DNA from: Octopus sinensis | Taxonomy: Eukaryota | Direction of reading: 5' to 3' | DNA length: 64,000 nucleotides | Assembly (NCBI RefSeq): GCF_006345805.1 | Contig: NC_043011.1 | Span: 58,106,464 to 58,170,463, forward strand | In this document: in pieces, positions 12,471 through 25,236 of the stretch | Position numbering within the stretch: the first letter of the stretch is position 1 | Layout of the letters: every line of letters starts with the position of its first letter | Position numbers and translations under genes: made by a program | Notes under the pieces: generated by a model | Told to the model about the DNA's origin: nothing | The model's database searches: none | The model's input: only the letters and a program-made list of their open reading frames with translations

Positions 12471-13694
12471 TGGTGGAGATGTTCGCAATGATTATGCAGC
12501 AATCCAGCTTCCGAATTATCCTCAGCTGTAACAATTACAATGGATTTGAAGTGATAGTGAAAAATATGCCCTACTGAGTTAATTAGTCACTAATTAGTGT
12601 TATGTAATTCTCCTCATTCAATTATGTCAGTTAATTATCTGAGCTCGGTGTAGAGTGGAAACGATAGAGTTCAATGTAGATTTGCAACGCACACTTTTCT
12701 TTCGTGTTCGGAGCCGAAAAGAAAGGGGGAAAAAATTAAGACGATGTAATACTGGTAACATAGTTTGAACCTTTGATTCTCTGATGCTCAACGCGAATTG
12801 CCGTTGGCCCAGCCAGCTGCTCGTTCTTTGTCTAAATGATTAAGAGTCAAAAGCAGCGTCTGAAGTGATGTATTTAATTTCGGAATAATAGAATAATATT
12901 TTTCAATTATCTGATCTTGTGACATTTTCTGTAAACAAAGACATAATTTAATTTCTTTCAAAATCAATTATAAAACAAAATGAATAGATTTAAATTCTGG
13001 ACACATTGAATAACTTTGTTTCTATTATTCCTAATAACACATCTAGATCTTAGTTGTTCATTTTAACGCACTTAAATGTGCAGTTACACATTAATTGCCG
13101 TTTTCCTCTTAGTATTTCCCAAGGGTATTTTTCCAGTCTAAAAATTTAATAAATGACATATTTTGAATGCAATACTGATCAAAGATTCCTCCGAAATGTC
13201 CTGCAAATTAATTCACTTTAAACAGTCATCTAAATTTCACAATTACAAAGACTCACTCATCCCAGACAATTCTTTATTTTATTTTTCCACTGTGACTACA
13301 ATATTTAAATTAAAATCTCACTCTTCTTTTCACTAAAAGGACACTTAACACTCCTATCGATTATTCTCTTGATGTCATTCGAAAGTATTTGTGGTGGATA
13401 TATTTAAACTCTTAAAAACAATCAACTGTGAATATTAGTAACGTAAACGAAATATATAAGTTCAATTCTTCTTGATGGTCAGTTAAAATCACATCGCTTA
13501 CGCTAGAACGAAATATTTGGTGGAGAACCGCAAGAGAAATAGCTTTTAAATTTCCGTGATGTTTGAACGAATAATTTGATATATACGAAGTGCTAGAAAC
13601 TGGACACTGGTCATGTTATTTTTGATGTTTAACGTCAGGACAATCATGATTAGGCAGACCTAATCCCGCCAGTTGTCGGAGAAACGATTAAAAG

Positions 13695-13806
13695 ATGATG
13701 ATGATGATGATAACGATGGTGATGGTGATGATGATGATGATGATGATGATGGTGATGGTGATGGTGATGGTGATGATGATGGTGGTGGTGGTGGTGGTGA
13801 TGATGG

Positions 13807-13856
<50 letters not shown>

Positions 13857-13972
13857 GTGATGGTGATGGTGGTGGTGGTGGTTGTGATGATGATGGTGAT
13901 GATGATGATGGTGATGATGACGACGACGACGATGATGAGGATGATGATGATGATGATAGTGATGATGATGAT
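13695..13972. repeat. (GAT)/(GGT) microsatellite
   Basis: Directly visible. Confidence 0.95.
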
Positions 13973-14734
13973 GTTACCAGTAAGAAAGGAAATTCCGGGT
14001 TCAATAAAGTAACTTTTGAATCTTAGACGATTGGTAAAGATCTTCGCGGCAGAGCTGGAGGAAGTGGTGAAATTGTAACTGGTCAACGGTGGGAGAATGT
14101 AACAATGAAAACATCTGCACATGACACTGTGTCTATATTGTGCTCAAAGGATTATATCGAGTGGACAGCGTTTGAAATGCTTTAAAAAGGAAAGTGGGAC
14201 ATGGTGGAGGAGGGTAAACGTTCAATGTATTGATTACACAATTTGAGACATTTAAATTGGTGATTTTACTCTGGCAGCGGAAATGTTCGTGAATTCTTCA
14301 TGTCAATCAATCTGATGACCCTCGAGGTAAGTGGCAGTCTACGACATTTGAGGTTTCACTTGCAACACCGACCCAAATGAAACTACTCAGGAAATCTATC
14401 ACGTGATATGGCTATTCTGAGAGTTTCTGATGCTGTTTATTATAGTATAAAATAATTTTCTTATTGGTTTGTGGCTTATATTGGATAAAAACATTCGTCA
14501 GTTTTCCAGCTTTCTCTTGTTGGTCTGTGTTCGAATTTATTTGTTTATTTGAAGCTAACTTTCTTTCCAGTTTCATGTAGTGTTAGCCTACGGGGACGTG
14601 AACAAACGAACGCCGGTTGTATAGGGGTGGGGAAGCATTGACACAAAAACTCACATATGCTCACACATCCACACAATCACACACCCATTAAATAAATATA
14701 TATATATATGTGTGTGTGTGTGTCTGCGTGTATA

Positions 14735-14762
14735 CTAGCAAACGGACCTGTACTTTGGACAG
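14735..14762 (-). mobile_element. Probable Helitron 3' terminus (extent of the body not defined)
   Basis: A-CTAG at 14734-14738 and a CTGT/ACAG hairpin 9 nt away; same geometry as 3743. Confidence 0.35.
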
Positions 14763-15447
14763 TGTAATATATTATAATGCCACAATCTTATGAACGGTTT
14801 AATTTGAATTAGTCCGCAGTTAGAAATCGTTTCAAGTTGATAAAGTAAAATGTATAATTATCAGTTTCATTAGCAGTTTATTAAATGCTATAAAGCAACC
14901 TAGGTAATGAATAAAGGTTAGTAATAAATGAAAGTCCATGAAATAAGAACGCAATTTCAGTTGACATTAGGGATCCTGTGTATTATCTGAAGCATTTTGT
15001 AGTATGGTATGTCTCATGTATGATAAAAAGCCCACCGACTGACACTCAACCACAGTTGAAACACTCCTGTCACAACCTGGGACCTTGAAGACTGCTATAA
15101 TGCAAGAAAGTATACTAGTCCCTTAATATGTTATATTTTATATTCAATATTTCATCTGTTCAATAAGGTAATTAATACTTCATTTCATTTTACTATATAT
15201 ATATTATTTATACTATATATTCTATATTCTACATGAATATTATAAAGAATATAAATAAAACATGAAAAACAGAGTTGGAATTTCTTTAAATAATATATAT
15301 ATATATATATATTATATATTATATTGAGGGTACTACTATTCGTAGATACCAACACGCTAAGAGGGACCAATGCGGTCAAAACTACTAAATAAACAAAATT
15401 TTACCGAATGCAAAACTTCAAAACACATCATTTTAAAAAAGAATTCA

Positions 15448-15513
15448 GTTACATATCACATGTGATTTCGCATTTAAATGCAGAATATGCATTTTTATGT
15501 TCATCAGTGCAAC
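15448..15513 (-). ncRNA. Type I hammerhead ribozyme fold, near-canonical (A.C at the 10.1-11.1 pair)
   Basis: Minus strand: GTTGCA-CTGATGA-ACAT[AAAAATGCA TATTC TGCATTT AA]ATGC-GAA-ATCACATGTGAT-A-TGTAAC. Stem I is 6 bp (one G.U), stem III is palindromic, triplet AUA. Confidence 0.75.
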
Positions 15514-16062
15514 AAACTCAAGAAATATAAGAGAAAAACATAACATTACAAGCTCGATAGCCAACCGTAGAATTCGTCGTAGCATGTCCGAATGTTTATC
15601 TTTACATATCTATGAAAATGGCGGGCTTATTCGCAATGCATTTCGGTACCAAATTGTCTATTCGGAATAAAAATTCAGTATTGAACTATTCCGGTGAAAA
15701 ATATAAATTAACAATTGAGGATAAAATCTTTAAAAGAAATTATTAGTAGTCAGCGTGAAAAAACCTCGTAAGAGAAAAAATCCGTAAATTCTTAAAACAT
15801 TATTTTGAGTAAGCACTATCTGAGAGAAATTTTCTTTAAGTATTAGAAATGGCTAAAAAATCTTTTTTTGGCTGCTATTTCTAATGAGTTCAGTATGTGG
15901 CAAAGTAATTTATTTTACTAAGCCCTTTTATACAATGTAATATATATATATATATATATATAATATTTAGATATATCTGGGGTACTCATATGTACTCATG
16001 ATTTTTGCTTCGGCTTTTTTTCCATGGGCGCTTGTAAGTATTTCATTTATGTCTTTTCGTAT

Positions 16063-16125
16063 TTTCTACTGAAGAGGAAAAAAATCTAGTATGAGATTAA
16101 TTCCGAAATTGATTCAATATAGAAA
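16063..16125 (+). ncRNA. Type I hammerhead ribozyme fold, all core nucleotides canonical
   Basis: TTTCTA-CTGAAGA-GGAA[AAAAATCT AGTATG AGATT AA]TTCC-GAA-ATTGA T TCAAT-A-TAGAAA. Stem I is 6 bp Watson-Crick, stem II closes with G-C, triplet AUA. Predicted cleavage 3' of 16119. Confidence 0.8.
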
Positions 16126-16393
16126 CAACGAACTTTGTTTTAAAAAATTCTGTTAGCCAGCTTTCCTCGATTTCAGCTCTACGTGTTTTCTGTAGCAAGT
16201 AAATAATATGTGGAAATAATTTTCCATAGAAATAATTTTCTTTAGTCCTTGTTTATAAGTCGTTTATAATTTTAACCATAAATATATTTTAATATGCTGC
16301 CACATTTTCTGATGAAATTCTTTTCTGTAAAAAAGCTTCATCCTATATTAGTACTAGTATATATACATTTATGTATATATATATATATATATA

Positions 16394-16461
<68 letters not shown>

Positions 16462-16791
16462 CCATCCGGACATACTGACACAGAGAAATTCACAAGGGAA
16501 AGGAAAAAAAATTTAAGCGATTATCTCCCTTACACCGGAAGAAATCACTCACTACCTCCCCTTATTTAGAAATCTCCTGAAAATAAACACAACGATAAAT
16601 CCATGCAATATAAACATAACGTCACAAGAAATTTGAAAAGCTACACGCGAAACCGGTATTTCTTTTAATTTATGTCATTATAAGAGGAAAAAATTTTTTT
16701 TTTACATTTTCTAATATTCTTCAGACATATTGACGCAATTATATATATTTTTTAACATTCAAGCCTTCTGTCGTTTTTTCACTCTACTATT

Positions 16792-16831
<40 letters not shown>

Positions 16832-16834
<3 letters not shown>

Positions 16835-17055
16835 CGCTGGAGTGGGGGGGTAATACGCTTCATTACCAAACACATGGTCCCGGATTTAGTGTCACTAGAT
16901 GGCACTTTGGGCAACTGTCTTCTACTATAGCCTCGGGCCGGCCAAAGCCTTGTGAGTAGACGTGGTAGACGGAAACTGAAGGAAGCCCGTCAGCAAAAGA
17001 GACTTCGTCTAATGGTGGTGCTACTGCATGGCCGCATCATATGCCTGAAATAAAT
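16832..17055 (+). mobile_element. SINE family B with internal deletion
   Basis: Head and CORE ('ggcactttgggcaactgtcttctactatagcctcggg') joined directly to the tail ('gcatggccgca'). Confidence 0.75.
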
Positions 17056-17081
17056 AAATATATACACATATGCATACATAC

Positions 17082-17112
<31 letters not shown>

Positions 17113-17120
17113 TATATATG

Positions 17121-17169
<49 letters not shown>

Positions 17170-17185
17170 TATATATATATGTATA

Positions 17186-17313
17186 AATTAGAAAAACCAC
17201 CTTTTATCATTTCAAAATGAACAATTAAATTACGCCATCTAGAAAATTAATATAATAGAATATTAAAATAATAATAATAATATTCCGATGATTAAAGGTG
17301 TTTTTTTCTAATT
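17186..17313. mobile_element. ~128-bp MITE-like element inside (TA)n
   Basis: ~26-bp imperfect TIRs 'aattagaaaaaccaccttttatcat' and 'atgattaaaggtgtttttttctaatt'. Confidence 0.6.
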
Positions 17314-17471
17314 CATATATATATATATATAATATATATATATATTATATATATATATATTACATTTTGTGTAATTTGATTTAGTATTTCTAAATTGAAT
17401 TTTTCCCTGTAAGTTAGGAATAATATTCCTTCAAATAATTATATATATATATATATATATATATCTATATA

Positions 17472-17521
<50 letters not shown>

Positions 17522-17758
17522 TTGTATATATTTATGTCTGGCTATCACTATTTGCAGCAGAATAAAGTCGTGCATACGAGTGATGATTGATATGACTAGA
17601 AACGATGCATAAGTATCGTGATTGATGAAATGTGTAATTGAAGTGGTTAGGAGAAGATTAGCCTGGAAGAGGACGTGATGACTGGTCATAAAGATGAATG
17701 TGTAGAGAATATGAGCATTGGGCATCAGGAACTATACATACATGCACTATTCTTATGG

Positions 17759-18144
17759 ATGGAAGCACTCCGTCGGTTACGACGATGAGGGTTCCGGTTG
17801 ATCCGAATCAACGGAACAGCCTGCTCGTGAAATTAACGTGTAAGTGGCTGAGCACTCCACAGACACGTGTACCCTTAACGTAGTTCTCGGGGATATTCAG
17901 CGTGACACAGAGAGTGACAAGGCCGGCCCTTTGAAATACAGGTACAACAGAAACAGGAAGTAAGAGTGAGAGAAAGTTGTGGCGAAAGAGTACAGCAGGG
18001 ATCACCACCATCCCCTGCCGGAGCCTTGTGGAGCTTTTAGGTGTTTTCGCTCAATAAACACTCACCACGCCCGGTCTGGGAATCGAAACCGCGATCCTAT
18101 GACCGCGAGTCCGCTGCCCTAACCACTGAGCCATTGCGCCTCCA
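17759..18144 (-). mobile_element. Full-length tRNA-headed SINE (family C)
   Basis: Head 'ggaggcgcaatggctcagtggttagggcagcggactcgcgg...ggtttcgattcccagaccggg' has A and B boxes; head and body match 46050-46247. Confidence 0.9.
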
Positions 18145-18203
18145 CTATTCTTATATACAGATACAGACGTACATGCATGCGTATAACATATCTATCTATC
18201 TAT

Positions 18204-18514
18204 TGGAGGGGGCGAACACGTACATCGCGTCCCTCATCCGCTATCGCCTAACCATTGTGCCTTGTCCTGACTCTTCCATCACCAAACTGGAACGCATTCA
18301 CTTCCGCTTCCTGTGGAAAGGAAGCACTACGATGGTCAGGCGATCCGTTTGCTGCCAACACCTGTTAAAAGGAGGGATGGGCATGCCGTGGTCGATGATG
18401 CACAGACACGCGCTGAGACTGCGACATCTCCGGCTCTACGTAGACGACGGTGAACAGCTGTGGTCGCCGTTTGTGAAGCGCGCTCTTCCGCACCTCGTCT
18501 CCATCACCGAACTG
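18204..18514 (+). mobile_element. Internal ORF2 fragment of an L1/Tx1-like LINE (post-RT region)
   Basis: Open frame LEGANTYIASLIRYRLTIVPCP...LERIHFRFLWKG...VRRSVCC...GGMGMP resembles the 'F.FLW.G...V....C......GGLG.P' motif. GC-rich against the flanks; starts right after a TATC repeat. Confidence 0.7.
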
Positions 18515-18582
18515 TGTATGTCTATATGTGTGTGAGTGAATTGGAAGCTTGAATTAAACTAAAGTATTAGTATGATAAGAAG

Positions 18583-18900
18583 GTAGGAGCTGGTGTGGAT
18601 ATGTGGTAAGAAGATTTCCTCGGCTGACCAAAACCTTGTGATTGGATTTGGTAGACGGAAACTGAAAGAAGCTCGTCGTATATATACATATGTATATGTA
18701 TGTATATGTCTATCTATGTTTGTCCCCCGCCATCCCTTGACACCTGATATTGGGGTGTTTACGTATGCGTAACCTATCGATTCGGCAAAGAGATCAATAG
18801 AATAAGTACTCGACTTACAAAGAATAAGTCATGGGGTCTATTTGTTCGACTAAAGGCGGTGCTCCAGCATGGCCACAATCAAATGACTGACACAAGTAAA
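18583..18900 (+). mobile_element. SINE family B (diverged, head partly deleted)
   Basis: 'ggtagacggaaactgaaagaagctcgtcgtatat...gactaaaggcggtgctccagcatggccac'. Confidence 0.8.
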
Positions 18901-19289
18901 AAACTTTGTTTGTGTGTGTGTTAACGGTACTAAACTAGTCCCCATCGAGAAGACAGACCTGGCCACCATGCGTTTATGGATGTTGATTACTCGATCTGCT
19001 AGAAATAACAACCACCTGTCCCTCATCTCACAACTTGTTATTACAAAAGGTAAATCTTGTATGATATCATGTACACATCATCTTAATTAAAGAGCGGGTG
19101 TAGTCTTATCTGGAACGTTTTTGTGAACAGTAGCACGCCATTAAGACCTAGCAGCCTCTTTATGGTAGATTACACTGAGTGAAAAATAGAACGGGATGGT
19201 CACGTTTGGAACATATTTCAACTCTATGTCTTCTCCATCAAGACTGAATAATTCAGCTAGAAAAATAACGATATCACCAGATCAACATC

Positions 19290-19293
19290 GTCG

Positions 19294-19341
<48 letters not shown>

Positions 19342-19505
19342 CCATCATCATCATCGTCTCCATCATCATCGTCATCACCATCATCATCATCATTATCTAA
19401 CTCCACCTCCTGTACCACCTCCAGTACCACCTGTTCCTTATCGTCCTTATCATCATCCACTTCCACCTCCACCACCACCACCTCCTCGTTCTCATCGTTC
19501 ACATT

Positions 19506-19538
<33 letters not shown>

Positions 19539-19545
19539 TTCACTA
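19290..19545. repeat. (CAT)/(CCA) microsatellite
   Basis: Directly visible. Confidence 0.95.
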
Positions 19546-19956
19546 ATATCATAGCTGAACACTTACATCATATTGATGATCAATATACTTCACAGTTCTG
19601 CCAAGATATTTTCAAAAACGGCAAAAAAAAATTAAGAACAACACAAAAAATAAAATAAAATAAAAATGAAATGAATTAGGAAAAAAAAAATTGAAAGTAA
19701 AGCAACGAAAACCGTATAAAATAAATACGATAAATATGAAACTTCTCTCTCTTTTATAGTATTTTTATCTTAGTAAACTGCTATAATCGCATTAGCTAAC
19801 ACAAATTTTTTAAAAAATGGATATACATATTTGAGGGAGTACAGCTGGAAGATTGCCATCTCACTTGGTACATATGGAATAATAATGCATGCGTACATGT
19901 GTGCAAGGAGATTTATATCTCCAATGTATAATTATGTAATGATGGTTATATACACG

Positions 19957-20010
<54 letters not shown>

Positions 20011-20329
20011 TATATAAACCTTATTACATAATTATACATGAAGATATATACATGTATATATATATATGTATATAACTGAAAGTATATATATATACATATA
20101 TATAGATATATATATATATATGTATATATATATATGTATATATATATATGTGTGTGGTGTGTGTGTGTGTGTGTATGTAGGTAAGTATATAGAGAAAAAC
20201 AGTGGGATATATATATATATATATATCTTGAGTTCGCGTGCTTTAAAATTTTATATCCTTGTGTGTGTTATTGTCTGTGTGTGTTTTCGAGTGTGTTTGT
20301 ATATATATATATACATATATATATATATA

Positions 20330-20377
<48 letters not shown>

Positions 20378-20589
20378 ATAGATGGCTGTAGTTGTATATA
20401 TCTCCTGGCCTACCTGTGTGTGTAAAGATAAGTAAACGGATATATTTTACACTTGTCTATTCGTTTTGTTATATTTTACTTTCACTTTTTAACAAATTTC
20501 TTTTGCGCTTCCTTACCTCTTCTTCCTCTCCGTCTTCTGAACAATCCTACTTACCATCACCACCGACACGAAAAAACCATACAGCTATA

Positions 20590-20678
20590 ACCACCAGTAG
20601 CAGCAGCACCACCACAACCACCATCACCAGCAGCAGTAGCAGCAGCAGCAGCAGCACCACCACCACACCACCACCACC

Positions 20679-20710
<32 letters not shown>

Positions 20711-20973
20711 AACAACAACAACTACTACTACTGCTACTACTACAACAAAAACTACTGCTGCTGCTACTACTACATCAACTACTACTACTGCTACTACTAC
20801 TACTACTACTACTGCTACTACTGCTACTACTACTACTACTACTACTACTACAACAACAACAACTACTACTACTGCTACTACTGCTGCTGCTACTACTACA
20901 TCAACTACTACTACTGCTACTACTACTACTACTACTGCTACTACTGCTACTACTACTACTACTGCTACTACTG

Positions 20974-21010
<37 letters not shown>

Positions 21011-21080
21011 AAGTACAACTACATCAACTACAACTACTACTACTACTACTACTACTACTATTACTGCTGCTGCTGCTGCA
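20590..21080. repeat. (CTA)/(CTG)/(CAA) compound microsatellite with internal higher-order duplication
   Basis: The variant blocks 'caacaacaacaactactactactgcta' (20710, 20851) and 'catcaa' (20773, 20899) recur. Confidence 0.9.
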
Positions 21081-22244
21081 ATTTTTACAATCACCAACAT
21101 CACCACTACGAATATGATGCAGGAAAGCACCAACGATGTCCCTAACATCAACCTCCGCAATCACTATGAAACAGGAGAACCTCTTCGATATCACTTCATC
21201 TCCAAGAAACTGTAACTAATTATCCCTCAAACATGGTAGAAATAGAAAAAATGCCTTAGATAGAGTAGTTCTGGTAATATTAAGACATAGGGATGGTCAC
21301 AACAGGACGGCTTGTCCTCACATTGGGTTAAATAACAACAACAACAATATGCCTTGAGGGAGTGAGACACCCTCGGTGCGATTGTGTGAGCAATCTGAAG
21401 AATCAGTGGAATGGCTTTCCAATCAGAATCTACAGATTTTTATATAATTCATTTATTGCGTAATATGTATTGCGGTTATAACAAATCTGAATAGGAGGGA
21501 TGGTCCAAATTGGAATCACTTTGTTTGTGTACGATCCCGGTTGGTGTGCCGTGGGGACAAGCTATAATTAAGAAAATATGTCATACCAATAAGAGAGCTA
21601 ATATTAATCGCAAGAACGATGAGGATGAGATGATGATGATGATGATGATCATGATGATGATGATGATGATGATGATAATGATGATATTGATGATGATGAT
21701 GATAATGATGCTGGTGATGATGATGTCGATAATGATGAAAAGAAGGAGTAGGGAGACGAAGACATCTTCGGCATCAACATAAGCGTCTCAAATGGCAACA
21801 TCACAACCTTGAAGATGAAGTTTTTAGCCTAGTCGCCAACGCCCCCACACCACATCGCCAACGCGTCATCGCACTACCATTCCTACTTCGTCACACCAAC
21901 ACCGTCACTATTAGTACCACCACCTCCAGCAGCAACAACAACAACTACAATAACAATAGCTACAACAACCTGGCACTCAACGTGGAAGTCTGTTACGAGG
22001 TCGATAATCTCGTCCAAGGAAATCGCAAGGAAATGTGGCGGAGAAATTCTTGCATTAATTACAATTAATTAACTTGCACAGAGGAAGGGCACGTAGATAT
22101 AGTTCAGTTCTAATTGCACAAAATATACATGATGGTCACGGCTGGAATGCCTTCCTATATAAAGGTGGTTGATTAGAATTGATCCCTCAACAAAACTATG
22201 ACACCAGTACAGTTCGCCCGAACGACTCTGCCAACACATGCGCT

Positions 22245-23211
22245 ACATCATCATCGTCACCATCATCATCGTCGTCGTCATCATCATCGTCATCATCACC
22301 ACCATCATCATCACCATCACCACCAACACCACCATCACCACCACCACCACCACCACCACCACCACCACCAACTCCGCCACCACCACCACCACCACCACCA
22401 CCTCCACCACAACCATCACCACCACCACCACAACCATCACCACCACCACCACCACCAGCGACTTCATTATTACCATCACTGTAGTGTTGTCACAAATTCT
22501 ACTGACGCCCCTAACAGCATCACTTCTGCCACCACCACCAGAGGTATTAGTAGCGACACTCCCATACCATCACCCACCACTACCACTGCCACTATCACCC
22601 CCACCCCCATAGTCATCGCTGTTGGCGTTATCGTGGGCATCATAGTTAGCAACACTATTTCCTCCGGACACAACCGCCAGCACCGCAACACCACCATGTC
22701 AAAGAACGATATTTCTTCCTCGACCCCTACAGACATCACCACCACCACCACCACCATCACCGCCAGTGAAAGAAAAGAACACTATCAACAACAACAGAAA
22801 CAATAACAACAGCAACACTGTCACTATAAATAGCAAACATAGCATCCAATTTTCACCAGCGTAAACATCGACATCGCTATCATGTCATCATCATCATCAT
22901 CATCGTCGTCGTCGTCGTCAACGTCATCGGCTTCTTCCTCTTCATCGTCGGCCTCCTTCTCCTCCTACTCCTCCTCCTCACCCTCACCACCATCACAATC
23001 GTCATCATCGTCATCATCATCATCATCATCATCAACACCTTACTACACCAATCAATAAACAGTTAACCATAACCAGGGATAACCTTTTCAATCAAACTTG
23101 GTTGGCTTCTACCCAGATATATGCAAATACATCAATCATATATATTCACACTCCGGGTATTATTATCGTTATTATTATTATGACTATTATTATTATTATT
23201 AATTTTATTAA

Positions 23212-23249
<38 letters not shown>

Positions 23250-23377
23250 TATATTATTATTAATCTTATTATTATTATTATTATTATTAATATTATTATT
23301 ATTATTATTATATTATTATTATTATATTATTATTATATTATTATTATTAATCTTATTATATTATTATTATTATTAAT

Positions 23378-23412
<35 letters not shown>

Positions 23413-23464
23413 GATTATATTATTATTATTATTATTAATCTTATTATTTATTATTATTATTATA

Positions 23465-23504
<40 letters not shown>

Positions 23505-23541
23505 TATTATATTATTATTATTATTAATCTTATTATTATTA

Positions 23542-23613
<72 letters not shown>

Positions 23614-23633
23614 ATTATTATTATTATTATTAA

Positions 23634-23721
<88 letters not shown>

Positions 23722-23727
23722 ATTATT

Positions 23728-23768
<41 letters not shown>

Positions 23769-23781
23769 ATTATTATTATTT
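22245..23781. repeat. (CAT)/(CAC) low-complexity block followed by an (ATT)n array
   Basis: Directly visible; (ATT)n at about 23160-23781. Confidence 0.9.
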
Positions 23782-24230
23782 AGCCGAAATAATGACAGCA
23801 TTTGTTTCATAGACGTCACCCACGTCACAGTCGTCGTCGTTTCCTCCGTCCTCGTCGCCTTCGTCATATCCTCGTCGTCGTTGTTGTTGTTGTTGTTGTT
23901 CTTGCTGGGTTTTTATTGATTTTCTTCGTAGGCGTTGTTGCCGTTATTGTGACGTTTCTCCTTTCAACTTCGGTCAGCCTTGTTTCGACGGACTAACGAT
24001 CAAAGATATGCCGGCCCTTGTTCCCACACATATTTCTCTTGTCCTGCTCAGGGCCACAGTGTTATTTTGATTCACTAAGAGAAAACTCCACACACTGTCT
24101 GGAGATGGTTTCTACTATTTTTAGCAAGCTTGTCGACCACAAGGAATCTCTACCATCGTTTCGTGTCCCTTTCTTTTCCTTAAAATAGTAGCGCTCTCTT
24201 TGAAAGAGAGCCTCCTACTCTAACCACTGT

Positions 24231-24556
24231 GCATGGCTCAGTGGTTAGAGCGTCGAGCTTACGATCATGAGGTTGTGAGTTCGAATCGCGGACCGGGCTG
24301 CGTGTTGTGTTCTTGAGCAAAACACCTTATTTCACGTTGCTCCATTTCACTCAGCTGTAGAAATGAGTTGCGACAGGTACCAAGCTGTATCGGTCCCTTT
24401 GCCTTTCTCTTGGATAACACTGGTGGCAAGGAGAGGGGAGACCGGTATGCATGGGGGACTGCTGGTCTTCCATAAACGACTTTGTCCGGACTTTTGCATG
24501 GGAGGGCAACTTCCTAGGTGCAATCCCATGGTCAGTTATGACCGAAGACGGTCTCC
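24231..24556 (+). mobile_element. Near full-length tRNA-headed CORE-like SINE (family D)
   Basis: A box 'tggctcagtgg', B box 'gagttcgaatc', then 'gttcttgagcaaaacaccttatttcacgttgctcc'; second copy at 665-930. Confidence 0.85.
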
Positions 24557-24876
24557 ACAACTATGTTGTGTGACCGGAACAAGATTGATTTTCGGTTCCA
24601 TTGAAACTATCTTCTTGGATGTCGGAGATGTAATGTTAAGTAAACTATCCCATTTATTTGTTTCAGAGGTTGGGCTGCGGCCAAACTGGGACAACACCTT
24701 GGAGAGTTTAGTCGAACGAATTGACCCTGTTTAAAATTCTTATGCTTGGTACATACATTTTTGGTCACGTATGCTAAACCTCTGGGTTACGTAAAATTTA
24801 AGACTTGTGGTGGTGGCGATACATATATATATTGGCGATATATATATATTTATATATATATTTATATATATATATG

Positions 24877-25236
24877 TGGGTATGCGTTCAGTCCCACTGC
24901 ATGGCACTTTGTTCTGGGTTCAGTCCCTCTGCGTGGCACCTTGGGCAAGTGTTTTATACTATATCCTCTGATATTGACCGAAATCTTGTGAGTGGATTCG
25001 GTAGACGGAAACTAAAGAAGGCTCGTCGTATATGTATATATATATATAGTTGATCCAAACATGAAAGCACAAAGAGAAAATGCAACAACGCGAGGACGTG
25101 GAACAAGTATAATGTTATTGGACGCTCAGGAAAGAAGGAAAGAAGGAGGGTTTAACGTTTCGAGCGGAGTTCTTCTTCAGAAACATAGGAAAAGGAAAGA
25201 TCCAAAGAAGGGTAGACGGAGGAAACAAATCGCCAA

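Noticed and set aside
14024-14185. 52-codon open frame after a TTAG (TIGKDLRGRAGGSGEIVTGQRWENV...FEML*)
   Set aside because: No recognisable protein similarity and no polypyrimidine tract; this length is compatible with chance.
16309-16345. Isolated CTGATGA motifs (also near 14313, 26165, 53449, 54619)
   Set aside because: No downstream stem II plus GAAA, so not hammerheads.
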